Assembly: GCA_002269645.1 (NCBI GenBank)
Contig: NIVC01002559.1
Coordinates: 97,640 to 161,639, forward strand
Direction: 5' to 3'
DNA: 64,000 nucleotides
DNA from: Macrostomum lignano
Taxonomy: Eukaryota
Under the pieces are notes generated by a model. That model saw nothing but the letters and a program-made list of their open reading frames with translations. It did not search any database and was not told where the DNA came from. Below are positions 20,934 to 34,521 of this stretch, in pieces; the first letter of the stretch is position 1; each line of letters starts with the position of its first letter. A program made the translations under genes and the position numbers.

Positions 20934-23900
20934 GGAAATCAGATGCGCATGCTGTGTGACGCCAAATTCGCGCCAACCTCCCAAAAACCTTTGTCGAAAC
21001 GGTATGAGGAGTAGCTAGAACCGGTTCTACTTTGTCTGATATTCGATCACAAAACGAGCGTTCCTAACGGGAAGCAAATTTAGCTGCAGTAATGTAGCCA
21101 TAAATGTAAATGATTATTTACAATTCTACTGGATTTTACGATTAGGTTCAAGAATAGCATTTCTTCTAATAAGGATTTTCGACCTTGCGTGACGTGTTTT
21201 CTCGATCTGCAATGAAGCGAAGCATGTTTTATTGCGATAATTGTATATAAAACATTGCCATTTTTCGTCAAAAAATATCCTCATTAGTGCTCACGGATTT
21301 TTTTCGCTTCCTGGGCAAGCAACGGTGCTGCAATTATCCACTAATGGGAACACGTCCTCTAAATATTTTGCAAAAATCTTCGAGAGCAAATAAAATGGAA
21401 GTCAATTGAGAACTGCGTCGTACATGTAGTCTCGAAGTAGGGGCGGGGCAGGGTCCCACAGAGTAGCCTGGCCTCAATATGCGTGCATTTACCCTGCTTA
21501 CAGTACTCGTATGTGACTATTATTCATCGTTCACAAGTATATAAATTATCGATCAGCCCACTGTGAAGCTTTCATCTCAGCATTTCAGGCCTCTCACTTT
21601 AGTCATTACACCCAAGATGTCGCCCCGCTTTGGGAAATACGACTGACTGACGGGTGTTTTGAAAGCTCTAAAACATTGGAAAGAAATAGGAAATAGAATG
21701 AGAAAAAGGATATTTACTTATTGACTGTAAAAGTATCTCATATTTCCGGATCAGATTTTAATTACTTTCGACACCCTATTCTCTGTCTAAGATGCAGAGA
21801 GCAGCATTTAGAAATCATTATTCAAATTGTTATTACTTTTTCTTTGATATCCATTGCTGCTCTAAAATCTGATCAGCTAATTGCCTCTTTCGAAGATGCA
21901 GGGTATAGGGCTGGAGCAAATTTAGTCTATGTTAGGAATCTAGAATGGATGATCAGAGTAGAGTTTAAGTTCAGATGCACGAGAATGAAACAGGCTGAGG
22001 GACTCGTTCTCGCATTGATAGACTGCGTCTCATTTTGATTCTTCATTTATTGATTCTTCACCCCTTTAAGGTCCCTGTCTTGTAGTCTATGGTTAATGTA
22101 TCCCCCTTTTGCCCCGGGCGAGTGTCTATGTGACGCATGTTTTCATTTATTTCCCTAGGTGAATAAATCATTTATTTCCCGCTGCCCCGCGGGCTGACAA
22201 ATTCGAGACAACAACCATAGACAACGAACGGGGTGTCACGTTATTTGATGTTGTCCGTGACCCTTAAAAGGGCCGTTTTAGTCCCAAATGAATCGAGTCA
22301 AGTCTTGATAGCGGATTTGTGTAGCGGAGCACTTGGCACACAAGGCCGGGAACTGGCCGTAGTTGGTTATTATTGTTGAGATCAATATTCGATGCGGTTA
22401 ATATCAATATAGAACTTATTGCGCTTTGGGGCACTGGCGGCTGCAACAATGGTTTTGAATTGAAGGTGAGTTAGAGATTGTAGTCGAGTGGTAGGCGAGT
22501 GATGCAAGACGATGCAACGTGGTGAGTAACGGCGATGAGTACAACAGACGGCGATGAGTACAACAGACGGCGATGAGTAGTGGTGAGATTGGCGTTAGCC
22601 GTGGCAGACAGTGGCAGGCAGTGTAAACAGGCTGGCCCAGACAGAGAGAAGGAAAACAAGGCCGCGAAGGGACGGCAGAACGAAAGGAAGAAAGACAGAA
22701 AGGAAGGAAGTGAAAAACCAGTCCGCCGCCAGACGGGGGGTTTAATAAAGGAGCGCAGAGGGGGGGTAGCGCGAAGCACGAGTGGTTTTCATTGGCTGGC
22801 GAGAGAACTTAAAATTATCGATCGTGCCAATTTTATACGGTCGCGAGAGAGGATAGCAAAATATACAGTGAATTAGAAATTGCCACAAAATCGTTGGGCC
22901 CTACTATAAGTAAACGTTAAAATAAACTATTGGAGAAATTAATATGAGAAATTACAAGGGAAAATATAGTCCAGCGGCCCTTTTCGGGACCACCTTAAAC
23001 TGACAACGTCACAGGGGGATACATATCATATTCCCCACTCATTTAGCTGTCTAGGGCCAAAAGCACTCTTGCTTTTGCCCGCTAGACAACAAAATAAATG
23101 GGGAATATATACCATTTATCCAATTATTCAATTTATTGCTATTTTGGCCGGGCCAAATAAATTCGTCAACCAATTAAAAACGTTGCAGAATTTATCTGAC
23201 CAAATAAATGGCCAAAAATGGCGAAGGAACACGGTACAACGTATCTTTATCCTTCCAAAGACTCCAGTTTCGCTATAATACAGCTTGCATATGAAATTGT
23301 TTCATAAACAAGAAGTCCTTAAGAGTCGACGCGCAACATCTCTCACCGTCTTTATTCCGCACCTGGAGTATAAAGAACTTCAATAAAAAATTGAAGTCCG
23401 ACTTTGAAATCTCGAGGAACACTTTAAATACCATTAGAGATGCTCTTCCACCTTCCGCGGGCCTTCTTCTTTTTCTTCTTCTTCTTCGTATTCTCCGGGT
23501 ACTTGGTCTTCCATATTCTGATCGATCTCTTCCTCCTCCGTAGTCATATTGTGCCTGCTGTTGCTCATTGCTCTTGACGCTTGCATTCGGCTCCAGGAAT
23601 AGACTTCGAAAATCTATGGTCAATTTCTACATGAAAATCACATGGAAAATCCATAATTGCCTAGCAGAGAAAGAATATGGTGTAAAAATTATCGTCTCTC
23701 CTTTCTTTCTTGCGTCTAATCCTTGCTTTCCTCTCTAGCTCGTACTATATTCCTTCTTTCTTCCGGTTTTCTACCATAGACTACAGAATTTTACTCTAAG
23801 TCAGTCAAATGAAAGAAAAATAAAGTATCACCCCATGGATTCATTGATTTGGCCTCAAGAGTGGCTGAGGACTGCATTTACTGGCCAAGGACAAAGTTGA

Positions 23901-24430
23901 TCAAGTTGTCCTTGCCGTCGACCAAATCTATCGGGGTGATACCATATATTTTTTCAGTACTTATAGTCTATGGCCATGTTTTTCTTAACATCGCCCACGC
24001 TGGTTTGTATAGGAAACACATAGAGGCTCTTTTTGTTTGACTTAATTCTGATTTAGATCGTCGAAAGCGATAATAACAGGGAAGAATTAGTACAATGTAC
24101 TTCTTTCTGGTACAAATTCCCTAAAATCAGACAATACGGTCGAAAAACAACCCAATAGCCATTTGCTAATCTATTAGGATGCTCACAAAAAAACCGCATA
24201 GTGATTGGCCCAGCTCTGTAAGATAAAACCAGAGGCAAAAACTATCACGGACTGAGGGACTCACCGGATACAACTACTAGCTGTAGCTCAGAGTTCCAAA
24301 CGCTTTGTCAAGAGCTGCTTCTTAAACAGCGAGCCTCTATAGATTCAGCAATTGGGTTGAGAGGTACTATTAGCCCTAACCTTTCCATGATATCTGAGAA
24401 AACATTTAATAATAGTTACCAAGAGAAACT

Positions 24431-25435
24431 ATGCCGCATCAATTGGATGAAAACAGCATCTGCAACTACAGCTTAACAAATGCCACAGACATCGAGCTAG
24501 ATGATTCCGATTCTCTAGAGATGAAAATTGTCGACATCGTCTGTCTTATCGCCGGAATGTGCGTCGGAGTTTGCGGAAACCTGCTCACGATCCTCTCCGT
24601 GACGCGATTCAAGCAGCTTAAGTCAGCCACGAACATCCTGGTTGTGAACATCGGCATGGCCGACCTGCTCGTGTGCTCATACTCAATCCCGACTATACTG
24701 GCGAACCGCATCGCTGAGAACAATGTCTTTCACGAAGTCATTTGTCGCGTGAACGCGTACGCGCTATTCTCAGCCGCTGGAGTGTCCAACTTCAGCTTCA
24801 CCCTGATCGCAGTAGCTCGGAACCTGTGCGTCATGCACCGAGTCGCGTACCAGAGGCACTTCACGGACGGCAGGATGATTGCATACTGCGTAGCCTGCTG
24901 GGTGTTTTGGTTTCTCGTCAGCGGCTTTTTCTGGTGGCAGAGAGGATTCGGATACATTCCCGAGGCGTTCATCTGCTTCTACTACGACAATGACTCGCCG
25001 TTTGCACTGAGCCTACTGCTCACCTTGCTCGGAGTCGCGGTTCCGTCACTACTGGCCGCCAGTTGCTACATCAGCCTGTTCTACAAGCTGTTCCGGATTC
25101 GCAAGGAGGCTACGAGCTCAATTGGCAATACAGACAATTCTTCTATGAGCAAGGAGTCGAAGGCTCTTGCTCCAGTGCTGACCGCATTCGTTATTTTCAA
25201 CTTGTGCTGGGGTCCCTACAGCATTCACGTGTACATTGATAAGTTCATCGACCACGTAGGCAGAATTCCGCACAAGGTGATGACTTGGCTCGCTGTTTTC
25301 AACTCGACGCTGAACCCGATCATCTACGGCGTGCTGAACTCAAACTTTCGGCGCAGCTACGCGCGACTTATCAAAGCAGCGCTTGTCTGTTGCTCCTTAA
25401 AGCGGATAGCGTCCGTGGCACACATTGAGATCTGA
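24431..25435 (+). CDS. Intronless class A GPCR, melatonin-receptor-like paralogue 1 (334 aa)
   Basis: Seven hydrophobic segments with GN (TM1), MADLLV (TM2), ARN at the DRY position, CWGPY (TM6) and FNSTLNPIIYGVLNSNFR (TM7/H8), plus N-terminal NxS/T sites. Confidence 0.93.
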   Translation: MPHQLDENSICNYSLTNATDIELDDSDSLEMKIVDIVCLIAGMCVGVCGNLLTILSVTRFKQLKSATNILVVNIGMADLLVCSYSIPTILANRIAENNVFHEVICRVNAYALFSAAGVSNFSFTLIAVARNLCVMHRVAYQRHFTDGRMIAYCVACWVFWFLVSGFFWWQRGFGYIPEAFICFYYDNDSPFALSLLLTLLGVAVPSLLAASCYISLFYKLFRIRKEATSSIGNTDNSSMSKESKALAPVLTAFVIFNLCWGPYSIHVYIDKFIDHVGRIPHKVMTWLAVFNSTLNPIIYGVLNSNFRRSYARLIKAALVCCSLKRIASVAHIEI

Positions 25436-26387
25436 GACCAACATGTACTAGCAATGAAAATCAGCGTGTGGACTGGCTCTTTACAGACAGACTTTATAGC
25501 TAAATACACTTTATTTGTGATAGCTTTGAAAGAAAGCTAAATATTTTATGCTGTGTAATCTTAGCTCGTAACTATGTGATCTCAAAATGCTCTCAGAAAA
25601 TGGATAAATTTGCGGTTGGAAAATCCGTTGTCAATTGAGATTTTAACTAACGTTGATTTATCAGATAACTTGACTGGAATCTGCCAGGTAAAATGTGCAC
25701 TTACTCATTTTATGTTGGTAACATAATCTTATGATTACCGATTTCAAATTACCTATCGAATTTTGAGATTTTTTTTGTCTCATGAAGTACTTGATGCTTA
25801 AAATATTATGGCACTAATCGCATTGAACAGCGGGTCATAGTCAAGAATCATGTTCAGATACGACATGCATACAGGCTTAAGGTGCGACTGACAAGGTGTG
25901 GAATGTCAGCATGCCTGATTAGGAGAAAGTCGTTTAGCTCGTACTTCATCGGTGTTTTTTCTTGCACTTTAGGGTCAGCAAAATGGATGGCGGTTTCAGG
26001 TTATTTGCATAGAGTTGATTTTTAGTAGGAACGTCCTTGATTGCAATTTATTATTATTAATAATTACTACTGACAGAATTTTATTTAAACATTTACAGCT
26101 CGCACCCTCGTATAGACCGGTTTCTGTGTAATAACTGAAAATATACCAAATCTGTATCATTGGCTTATTCATTAAATAAAAATTTAATGTTTTAAGTCCT
26201 TTCTTAAATAAAGCGCCTACGGCACTCATTCTCCACCAATGGATGTCCTGATTGGCGCCGCAATCGAGAGATTTCAACCTCAGAAGTCTAGTAGTCTGTT
26301 GCTCTTAGTTGCTCTACAGCAATCGCAAAAAATTCTTAAACAAAATTGTAAGCACATGTGGATGCAGGTGTTGAATTTCATTTAAAC

Positions 26388-27653
26388 TCATTGGTTTTTG
26401 ACAGCGCTTTTTAAAGTTGAAGGCCCGTTGAGGACGACTAGCCCTGAATTCACATTGTATAAAAGACTTCTAGATCGGTTCCTAGTTTCTAAGTAACTAA
26501 AGTGTCGCTCGGACATTGCTATCAAAGTCGAATCAGTTGCTGGTCGACGTTGTTGCAGAGCTCTTCGCGCTGACAGGCAGAAGCAGCGGCAGCAGCAGAC
26601 TGTCAAGCAATTAATCAGCTCATTGCGAAACTTTTCACCAGCAAACAAGCCGATCCAGTTGAATGCGTGGTACAGGTAAAGCACGGTGTTCAGCACCCTC
26701 CAGCGGATATGCAAATCTGCTGGGGCTTCAGCAACCCTGGCAGCGGCCGCCGCAATGCCGGGGTCCAGCAGCAGGTTGACTGGCCAGGGCAGGATGCTCA
26801 GCACGAACAGGAGGTTCATCAGCAGCGGAGTTATTAGCAGACGCACCGCTTGGCGACTTCGACTGCTCAAAGCGGTGACGCAGTTGGCGCCAGCAGTGCA
26901 GCTCGCTGTCATCGGCAGTCGCTGCCTGAGCCTCCCCTGGTGCCGAACGAGCAGAGCAACGGTCGCGACTGATCCAGCAGCGAGCAGGAGCGCCGGTAGA
27001 GCCACACTGTAGGCCATCTCCATGACGGCCAGCGCCTTCTGCAGGCCGGGGCCACCGCGCACCCCGCAGGTCGGCAGCGGGTCCGTCACCCAGACCCGCT
27101 GGGCGGCTAGCAGCGCTGGGGCCCAGGCAGCGGCGACCAGAACGCCGATCAGGAGGCCGCGACGGCAGCGGCGTCCGCCCAGCAGGCCGCCCAGTTTGGC
27201 GCGGGACCGCAGCGGAGCCGCTACGGCCAACAGGCTGTCCAGCGTCAGCGGCACCTGGAAGAAAGGCGTGCAGGAGTACAGGTAGTAGGAGAAGAACTCG
27301 TACAGGACACAGGAGGCTGGACCCCAGAAGCGTGGCGACGTGAACCACAACCAGGGCCGGTCGGTACCCGAGCGGAAGAAGCCGAAGCAGTGAGTAGCCG
27401 CCTTCAGAGACAGGATGATTCAGTTGTGCGCCGTGATGAGCAGCAGATAGTGCCGAGCCACGGGTGGGAAGATCTTTCGGATGGCGATGACGACAAAGGC
27501 GATGGCGTTAAGGCAGCTGGCGGGCAGGCAGGGCAGCGGGAACAGCCAGATGAAGACGCTCCACAAAAAAGTGGCCCAACCCGGATCCAGGAACCAGGGC
27601 TGAGTCTGGGTGCTCGCATTGGTCGTTGAGTTCGAAATCCGGTCGTAGTCCAT
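26388..27653 (-). pseudogene. Divergent peptide-receptor-like class A GPCR interrupted by one in-frame TGA (27420-27422)
   Basis: The two track ORFs share one frame: ...LLLITAHN-TGA-IILSLKAATHCFGFFRSGTDRPWLWFTSPRFWG... The total is 422 codons with seven hydrophobic segments; TM3 ends in TLDSL. Confidence 0.8.
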
Positions 27654-29208
27654 GTCCGAAAACTGGGGTTACAACGAGCTTACTGAGATTTCTATCTGAT
27701 CAATTATTTTCAAGTCAATTGATTTTATTGCCGATTTTTCCCACAAAGCCTGGTGAGATAATTGCCTATGCTCTGCGCTCCTGCTTACTCGCTGCATCAT
27801 GTGTTTCAAGCTTGCCTCACTTTCTCATTGCGGCATTCAAGTATTTTTTTAAAATCCCAGACTCAATCAAAATAATTGAGTCTGTTTCGCGTCAGTTTTG
27901 CATCGACCCCGACGCCAACTGCATTGGCTTTTGTAAATTTCTAGATAAGAATGAAACTCTCTGCGCAACCATGAGCCTCGTCAATTGATTTTAGTTTTTA
28001 AAAAGGCTTCATTTAATCCGGAAGAAAGGAGCGAGAGTGATCAGAAAGAAGGGAAGAGGAGGGTAGAGGAGAAAGTGATCAGGAGGGAAGGGAAGAGAGC
28101 GATCAGGAGAGAAGGGAAGAGAGTGATCAGGAAGGAATGGGAGAGATAGAATAGCTGCAGGGGGGCTCCAGGCCTCCAGATGCCACCCCCTGGCGACCGC
28201 GGACAGTTTGGTGCTGCGATGTCGATCAGGGAAATCCGGTGGTGCCGGTGCATTGTCGATACAATCGGATACAATACAATAAGGTGGATAGTCGCTCGCC
28301 CGCGGTAGCCCTTAAGTAGCGGACGAGCTGGCAGAGATTCTCGAGTCAGAATACGGGTTTGGGCAGAAATGGATGAGCCAGTCCTGGTACTGGGTAATTA
28401 AAGACAGAGCAGTACTGATGAAGCGCTCTGTATTCTCGACACCGGAGAGGCAGAATGGGGAGTTTTCACTGCGGATTTGACACCCGATGCCTCCTCGGTT
28501 AAGTCTCGCACTGGTTTAATTTGAGTGAGAATTGGAAGGCGAGAAAAAAAGTAAAGTCAGTCTATTTTATGTTTTGAAACAATATTCTCGAGATTCAATC
28601 CTATATACTAAAAATGGTCTGTCTGTGTCTATGTGATCGATTAGAGAAAAAATGGCTGTACCGATTTTGTTCGAACTTGCACTGTTCGATCAGAAATTTT
28701 CCCGTGACTGTACATGCATCGTGGCTAAGAAATTTCTTGATGCTAAAGGCATTAAATATTCGAAAAACATGCTTTTTTGCAAAGGTCAAGCAAACTTTTC
28801 GACTTGAAATGCATTGTAAGAATGCTAGAGAAAAAACTGACTGGTTGAATTCTGATTCTGAAATAGATTGCATCATAACTGAATTGTAACTCCGACTTGA
28901 ATTGAAAATGCAGTGTGGAAGCGTAGCACCAGACTTGATTTAGATTGCGTAACCATATTGTTAACTGATACTGACTGACTGAGAAACTGATTATGTCATA
29001 ACTGCTTCGTGTGATTTACTCTATGCTTGGATTTTAAAGTGTTGAATTATATAAGTGCAAAATATGATGTTATCAAAACGATGAGAGCTAGCCTAGAGGT
29101 GAACAAACTGAACTGTTAAATGCAGCGACGATGGTTCGAATTTTCATAGAGTATAATTTTTTAATTAAAGCTTTTCAACGTCAGGAAAACTAAAAGACTT
29201 TTTAAAAA

Positions 29209-30940
29209 GAATCGTCATGTAAAAATCATAGAAGCGTCATGTAAAAAATCATAAAAGCGTCATGTAAAAAATCTTAGAAGCGTCATGTAAACAATCATAG
29301 AAGCGTCATGTAAACAATCATAGAAGCGTCATGTAAACAATCATAAAAGCGTCATGTAAACAATCTTAGAAGCGTCATGTAAACAATCATACAAGCGCCA
29401 TGTAAAAAATCATAGAAGCGTCATGTAAGCAATCATAGAAGCGTCATGTAAAAAATCATAGAAGCGTACTGTAAACAATCATAGAAGCGTCATGGAAACA
29501 ATCATAGAAGCGTCATGTAAACAATCATAGAAACGTCATATAAAAATCATAGAAGCGTCATGTAAACAATCATAGAAGCGCCATGTAAACAATCATAGAA
29601 GCGTCATATAAAAATCGTAGAAGCGTCATGTAAACAATCATAGAAGCGTCATGTAAAAAATCATAGAAGCGTCATATAAAAATCGTAGAAGCGTCATGTA
29701 AACAATCATAAAAGCGTCATGTAAAAAATCTTAGAAGCGTCATGTAAACAATCATAGAAGCGTCATGTAAACAATCATAGAAGCGTCATGTAAAAAATCG
29801 TAGAAGCGTCATGTAAAAAATCTTAGAAGCGTCATGTGAACAATCATAGAAGCGTCATGTAAACAATCATAGAAGCGTCATGTAAACAATCATAGAAGCG
29901 CCATGTAAAAAATCATAGAAGCGTCATGTAAACAATCATAGAAGCGTCATGTAAACAATCATAGAAGCGTCATGCAAACAATCATAGAAGCGTCATGTAA
30001 AAAATCATAGAAGCGTCATGTAAAAAATCATAGAAGCGTCATGTAAACAATCATAGAAGCGTCATGTAAAAAATCATAGAAGCGTACTGTAAACAATCAT
30101 AGAAGCGTCATGGAAACAATCATAGTAGCGTCATGTAAACAATCATAGAAACGTCATATAAAAATCATAGAAGCGTCATGTAAACAATCATAGAAGCGCC
30201 ATGTAAACAATCATAGAAGCGTCATATAAAAATCGTAGAAGCGTCATGTAAACAATCATAGAAGCGTCATGTAAAAAATCATAGAAGCGTCATGTAAACA
30301 ATCATAGAAGCGTCATGTAAACAATCATAGAAGCGTCATGTAAACAATCATAGAAGCGTCATGTAAAAAATCATAGAAGCGTCATGTAAAAAATCATAGA
30401 AGCGTCATGTAAAAAGTCATAGAAGCGTCATGTAAACAATCATAGAAGCGTCATGTAAACAATCATAGAAGCGTCATGTAAAAAATCATAGAAGCGTACT
30501 GTAAACAATCATAGAAGCGTCATGTAAACAATCATAGAAGCGTCATGTAAACAATCATAGAAACGTCATATAAAACTCATAGAAGCGTCATGTAAACAAT
30601 CATAGAAGCGTCATGTAAAAAATCATAGAAGCGTCATGTAAAAAATCATAGAAGCGTCATGTAAACAATCATAGAAGCGTACTGTAAAAAATCATAGAAG
30701 CGTCATGTAAACAATCATAGAAGCGTCATGTAAACAATCATAGAAACGTCATATAAAAATCATAGAAGCGTCATGTAAACAATCATAGAAGTGTCATGTA
30801 AAAAATCATAGAAACGTCATATAAAAATCATAGAAGCGTCATGTAAACAATCATAGAAGTGTCATGTAAAAAATCATAGAAGCGTCATGTAAAAATCATA
30901 GAAGCGTCAAGAAAAAATCATAGAAGCCTCATTTAAAAAC
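29209..30940. repeat. 23-bp satellite A (GAAGCGTCATGTAAACAATCATA), about 75 copies
   Basis: Visible tandem array inside Helitron A1. Confidence 0.95.
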
Positions 30941-31830
30941 TAATGAAAGTGTCATTTAAAAAATTAAGAAGCGTCACGGTAGAATAAAAGAAACGTCATG
31001 TCAGACATGAAGGGTTCATGTAAAAATTAAATGCAACTATAATGCTGTGCTGGGGAGAAAAACTGAGACGTCAAGGCTCTCAGAGAATAACTGAGATTAC
31101 GGGGGGGGTTTCTGAGATGTCAAAGCAAAAGTCAGAAGCTACTTCAAAGTTCATGTACTTTACTCCATTTTTTATTGCATTCTTTGTTGGCTCGTCACGG
31201 GGGGGGCGCTGATAGAAGAAAAGTCATGTAAAAAATAAAAGTAGCACTATGTATACATAAAAGAAAAGTCATGTCGAAGTTAAAAGATTCATTTGGGAAT
31301 TGCTACGATGTCAAAGCTTGGTGGAAATCGTTATAGTGCTGTGATTCTTAAAGAAAGAATCACTAAAATGTTAAGGCTTAGGGGAGAAGAATTGCTGAGA
31401 TTTCAAGGCTTTAGGTTGGGTTAAAGTTAGGTTTAGGTCAGGTGTGGGTTGAGGGTTATATTTTATCGGGTTTCAAGGTTAACAGGGGATTTTTTAGATT
31501 TCAAGGTTTATGGGGGCCATTGCTGACATGTCAAGGCTTACGGGGGGAATAGCTGAGATGTCAAGGCTCACGGGGGTATAAATGAGATTTCAAGGCTAAA
31601 GTCAGAAGCTACATGTAGTTTATTGAAAACTTTTTATTACATTATTTGATGCCTCCTCAGGGGAGGGATCGCTGATAAAAAAGCGTAATGTAAAAAATAA
31701 AAGAAGCTTCATGTCGAAGTTAAGAGATTCATTTGGGAATCCCTACGATGTTGAGGCTTGCAAGGAATCGCTATAATGCTGTAGTAGTGCTATAATGACT
31801 CTTAGGGAGAATTACTGAAATTTCAATGCT

Positions 31831-31892
31831 TTAGGGTTAGGTTAGGGTTAGGGTTAGGGTTAGGGTTAGGGTTAGGCTAGGGTTAGGGTTAG
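31831..31892 (+). repeat. Interstitial telomere-like (TTAGGG)n, about 10 units
   Basis: TTAGGG tandem inside the Helitron A1 tail. Confidence 0.9.
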
Positions 31893-32719
31893 AAGGTTGA
31901 CAGATATTTTTAGATTTCCAAGGCTTATTGGGGCATTGCTGAGATGTCAAGGGGGGAAGTTGATATGTTAAAGCTTGTGGGGGGATAACTGACATGTCAA
32001 GGCTTACAAGGTTTGACAGGAGATTTTTTAAGATTTCAAGGATACATGTAGCTTATTAAAAAAACGTGTATTGCATTTCTTTGGCTCCCCAACGGGGGGC
32101 GTAGATTGCTAGTCCTATATACTAAAAATGAGTTGTCTGTGGGTAGGTAGGTAGGTAGGTATGCGATAGATTTCAGAAAAAATGGCTCAACCGATTTTCT
32201 TCAAACTTGCATTATTCGATCAGAAATTTTCCTGGGACGGTACATGCATCTTGGCTAAGAAATTGCTCAATTTTAAAGGGATTAAATATTCGAAAAACAT
32301 GCTTTTTTGCAAAGGTCAAGCAGCTCTTTCGACCTGAAATGCATTGTAAGAATGCTAGAGAAAAAACTGACTGACTGAATTCCGATTGTGATAAAGATTG
32401 CATCACAACAAGTTGAAAACAGTACCGGAGAAATGCACACACGACTTGATTTAAATTGCGTAACCATATTGCTAACTTAAATTGAGACTGATACTGGCTG
32501 ACTGAGAAATTGATTATGTCATAACTTTTTACTCCAATTGACTTGCTGTAAGAATTGAATTATAAGGGCCACAATTCATGTTCTCCAATTGAAAAGAGAT
32601 AGCCCTGATGCGAACAGACTGGAATGCTAATGTAGCGACCTGGGTTCGAATCATAGTAGTGCAAAAAGATTTTTTTATTAAAACACCTTAAAAACACAAC
32701 AAAACTGCTAAACATCAAA

Positions 32720-34420
32720 GAAGCGCAATGTCAAACATAGAAGAGCCAACATATCGAACATAAAAGAGTTACCATGTCAAACATAAAAGAGCTACCATGT
32801 CGAACATTAAAGAGCTACCATGTCGAACATTAAAGAGCCACCATGTCAAACATAAAAGAGCCACCATGTCAAACATAAAACAGCCACCATTTCGAACATT
32901 AAAGAGCCACCATTTCGAACATTAAAGAGCCACCATTTTGAACATTAAAGAGCCACTATGTCAAACAATTAAGAGCCACCATGTCAAACATAAAAGAGCC
33001 AACATGTCAGACATTCAAAAGCCACCGTATCAAACATAAAAGAGTTACCATGTAGAACAAAAAAGATCCACCATGTCGAACATAAAAGAGCCACCATGTC
33101 AAACATAAAGAGCCACCATGTCAAACATTTAGAAGCCACCATGTCAAACATATATGTGACTTTATGTCAAATATTAAAGAGCCACCATGTGAAACATTAA
33201 AGAGCCACCATGTCAAACATTTAAGAGTCACCATGTCAAACCTAAAAGAGCCACCATGTCGAACATAAAAGAGCCACAATGTCAAACATTAAAGAGCCAC
33301 CATTTCAAACCTAAAGGAGCCACCATGTCGAACATTAAAGAGCCACCATGTCGAACATAAAAGAGCCACCATATCAAACATAAAAGAGTTACCATGTCAA
33401 ACATTAAAGAGCCACCATGTCAAACATAAAGCAGCCACCATTTCGAAAATTAAGGAGCCACCATTTCGAAAATTAAGGAGCCACCATGTCGAACATTAAA
33501 GAGCCACCATGTCAAACATTTAGGAGCCACCATGTCAAACATATATGTGACTTTATGTCAAATATTAAAGAGCCACCATGTGAAACATTAAAGAGCCACC
33601 ATGTCAAACATTTAAGAGTCACCATGTCAAACCTAAAAGAGCCACCATGTCGAACATAAAAGAGCCACAATGTCAAACATTAAAGAGCCACCATTTCAAA
33701 CCTAAAGGAGCCACCATGTCGAACATTAAAGAGCCACCATGTCGAACATAAAAGAGCCACCATATCAAACATAAAAGAGTTACCATGTCAAACATTAAAG
33801 AGCCACCATGTCAAACATAAAGCAGCCACCATTTCGAAAATTAAGGAGCCACCATTTCGAAAATTAAGAAGCCACCATGTCGAACATTAAAGAGCCACCT
33901 TGTCAAATATTAAAGAGCCACAATGTCAAACATTAAAGAGCCACCATTTCAAACCTAAATGAGCCACCATGTCGAACATTAAAGAGCCACCATGTCGAAC
34001 ATAAAAGAGCCACCATGTCGAACATAAAACAGACACCATTAAGAACATTAAAGAGCCACCATGTCGAACATTAAAGAGCCACCATGTCAAACATTAAAGA
34101 GCCACCATGTCAAACATAAAAGAGCCACCATTTCGAAAATTAAGGAGCCACCATTTCGAACATAAAAGAGCAGCCATGTAGAACATAAAAGAGCCACCAT
34201 GTCGAACATAAAAGAGCCACCATGTCAAACATAAAAAAGCCAGCATGTCAAACATAAAAGAGCCAACATGAAGAACATTAAAGAGCCACCATGTCGACCA
34301 TTAAAAGAGCCACCATGTCGAACATACAAGAGCCACCATGTCAAACATAAAAAAGCCACCATGTCGAACAATAAAGAGCCACCATGTCAAACATAAAAGA
34401 GCCACCATGTCAAACATTCA
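32720..34420. repeat. 23-bp satellite B (GAGCCACCATGTCAAACATAAAA), about 74 copies
   Basis: Visible tandem array inside Helitron B. Confidence 0.95.
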
Positions 34421-34521
34421 AGATATACAATTTCAAATGTAAAGGTATAAAGCGCCATGCCAATTTAAAGGAGCCACTATAAAGCTAAGGAAATTGTCGC
34501 TCTAGCTACTTTTTGTCTGGT

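Larger units (their letters stand above)
28599..32112 (+). mobile_element. Non-autonomous Helitron, unit A1
   Basis: Starts TCCTATATACTAAAAATG after an A. Ends with a CCCC-AAC-GGGG hairpin and ...GATTGCTAG. No Rep/helicase ORF. Confidence 0.85.

Noticed and set aside
23273-23623. 116-aa Arg-rich minus-strand ORF
   Set aside because: It arises from a GAA-rich tract; the alternative frame gives a short acidic peptide, and neither is recognisable.
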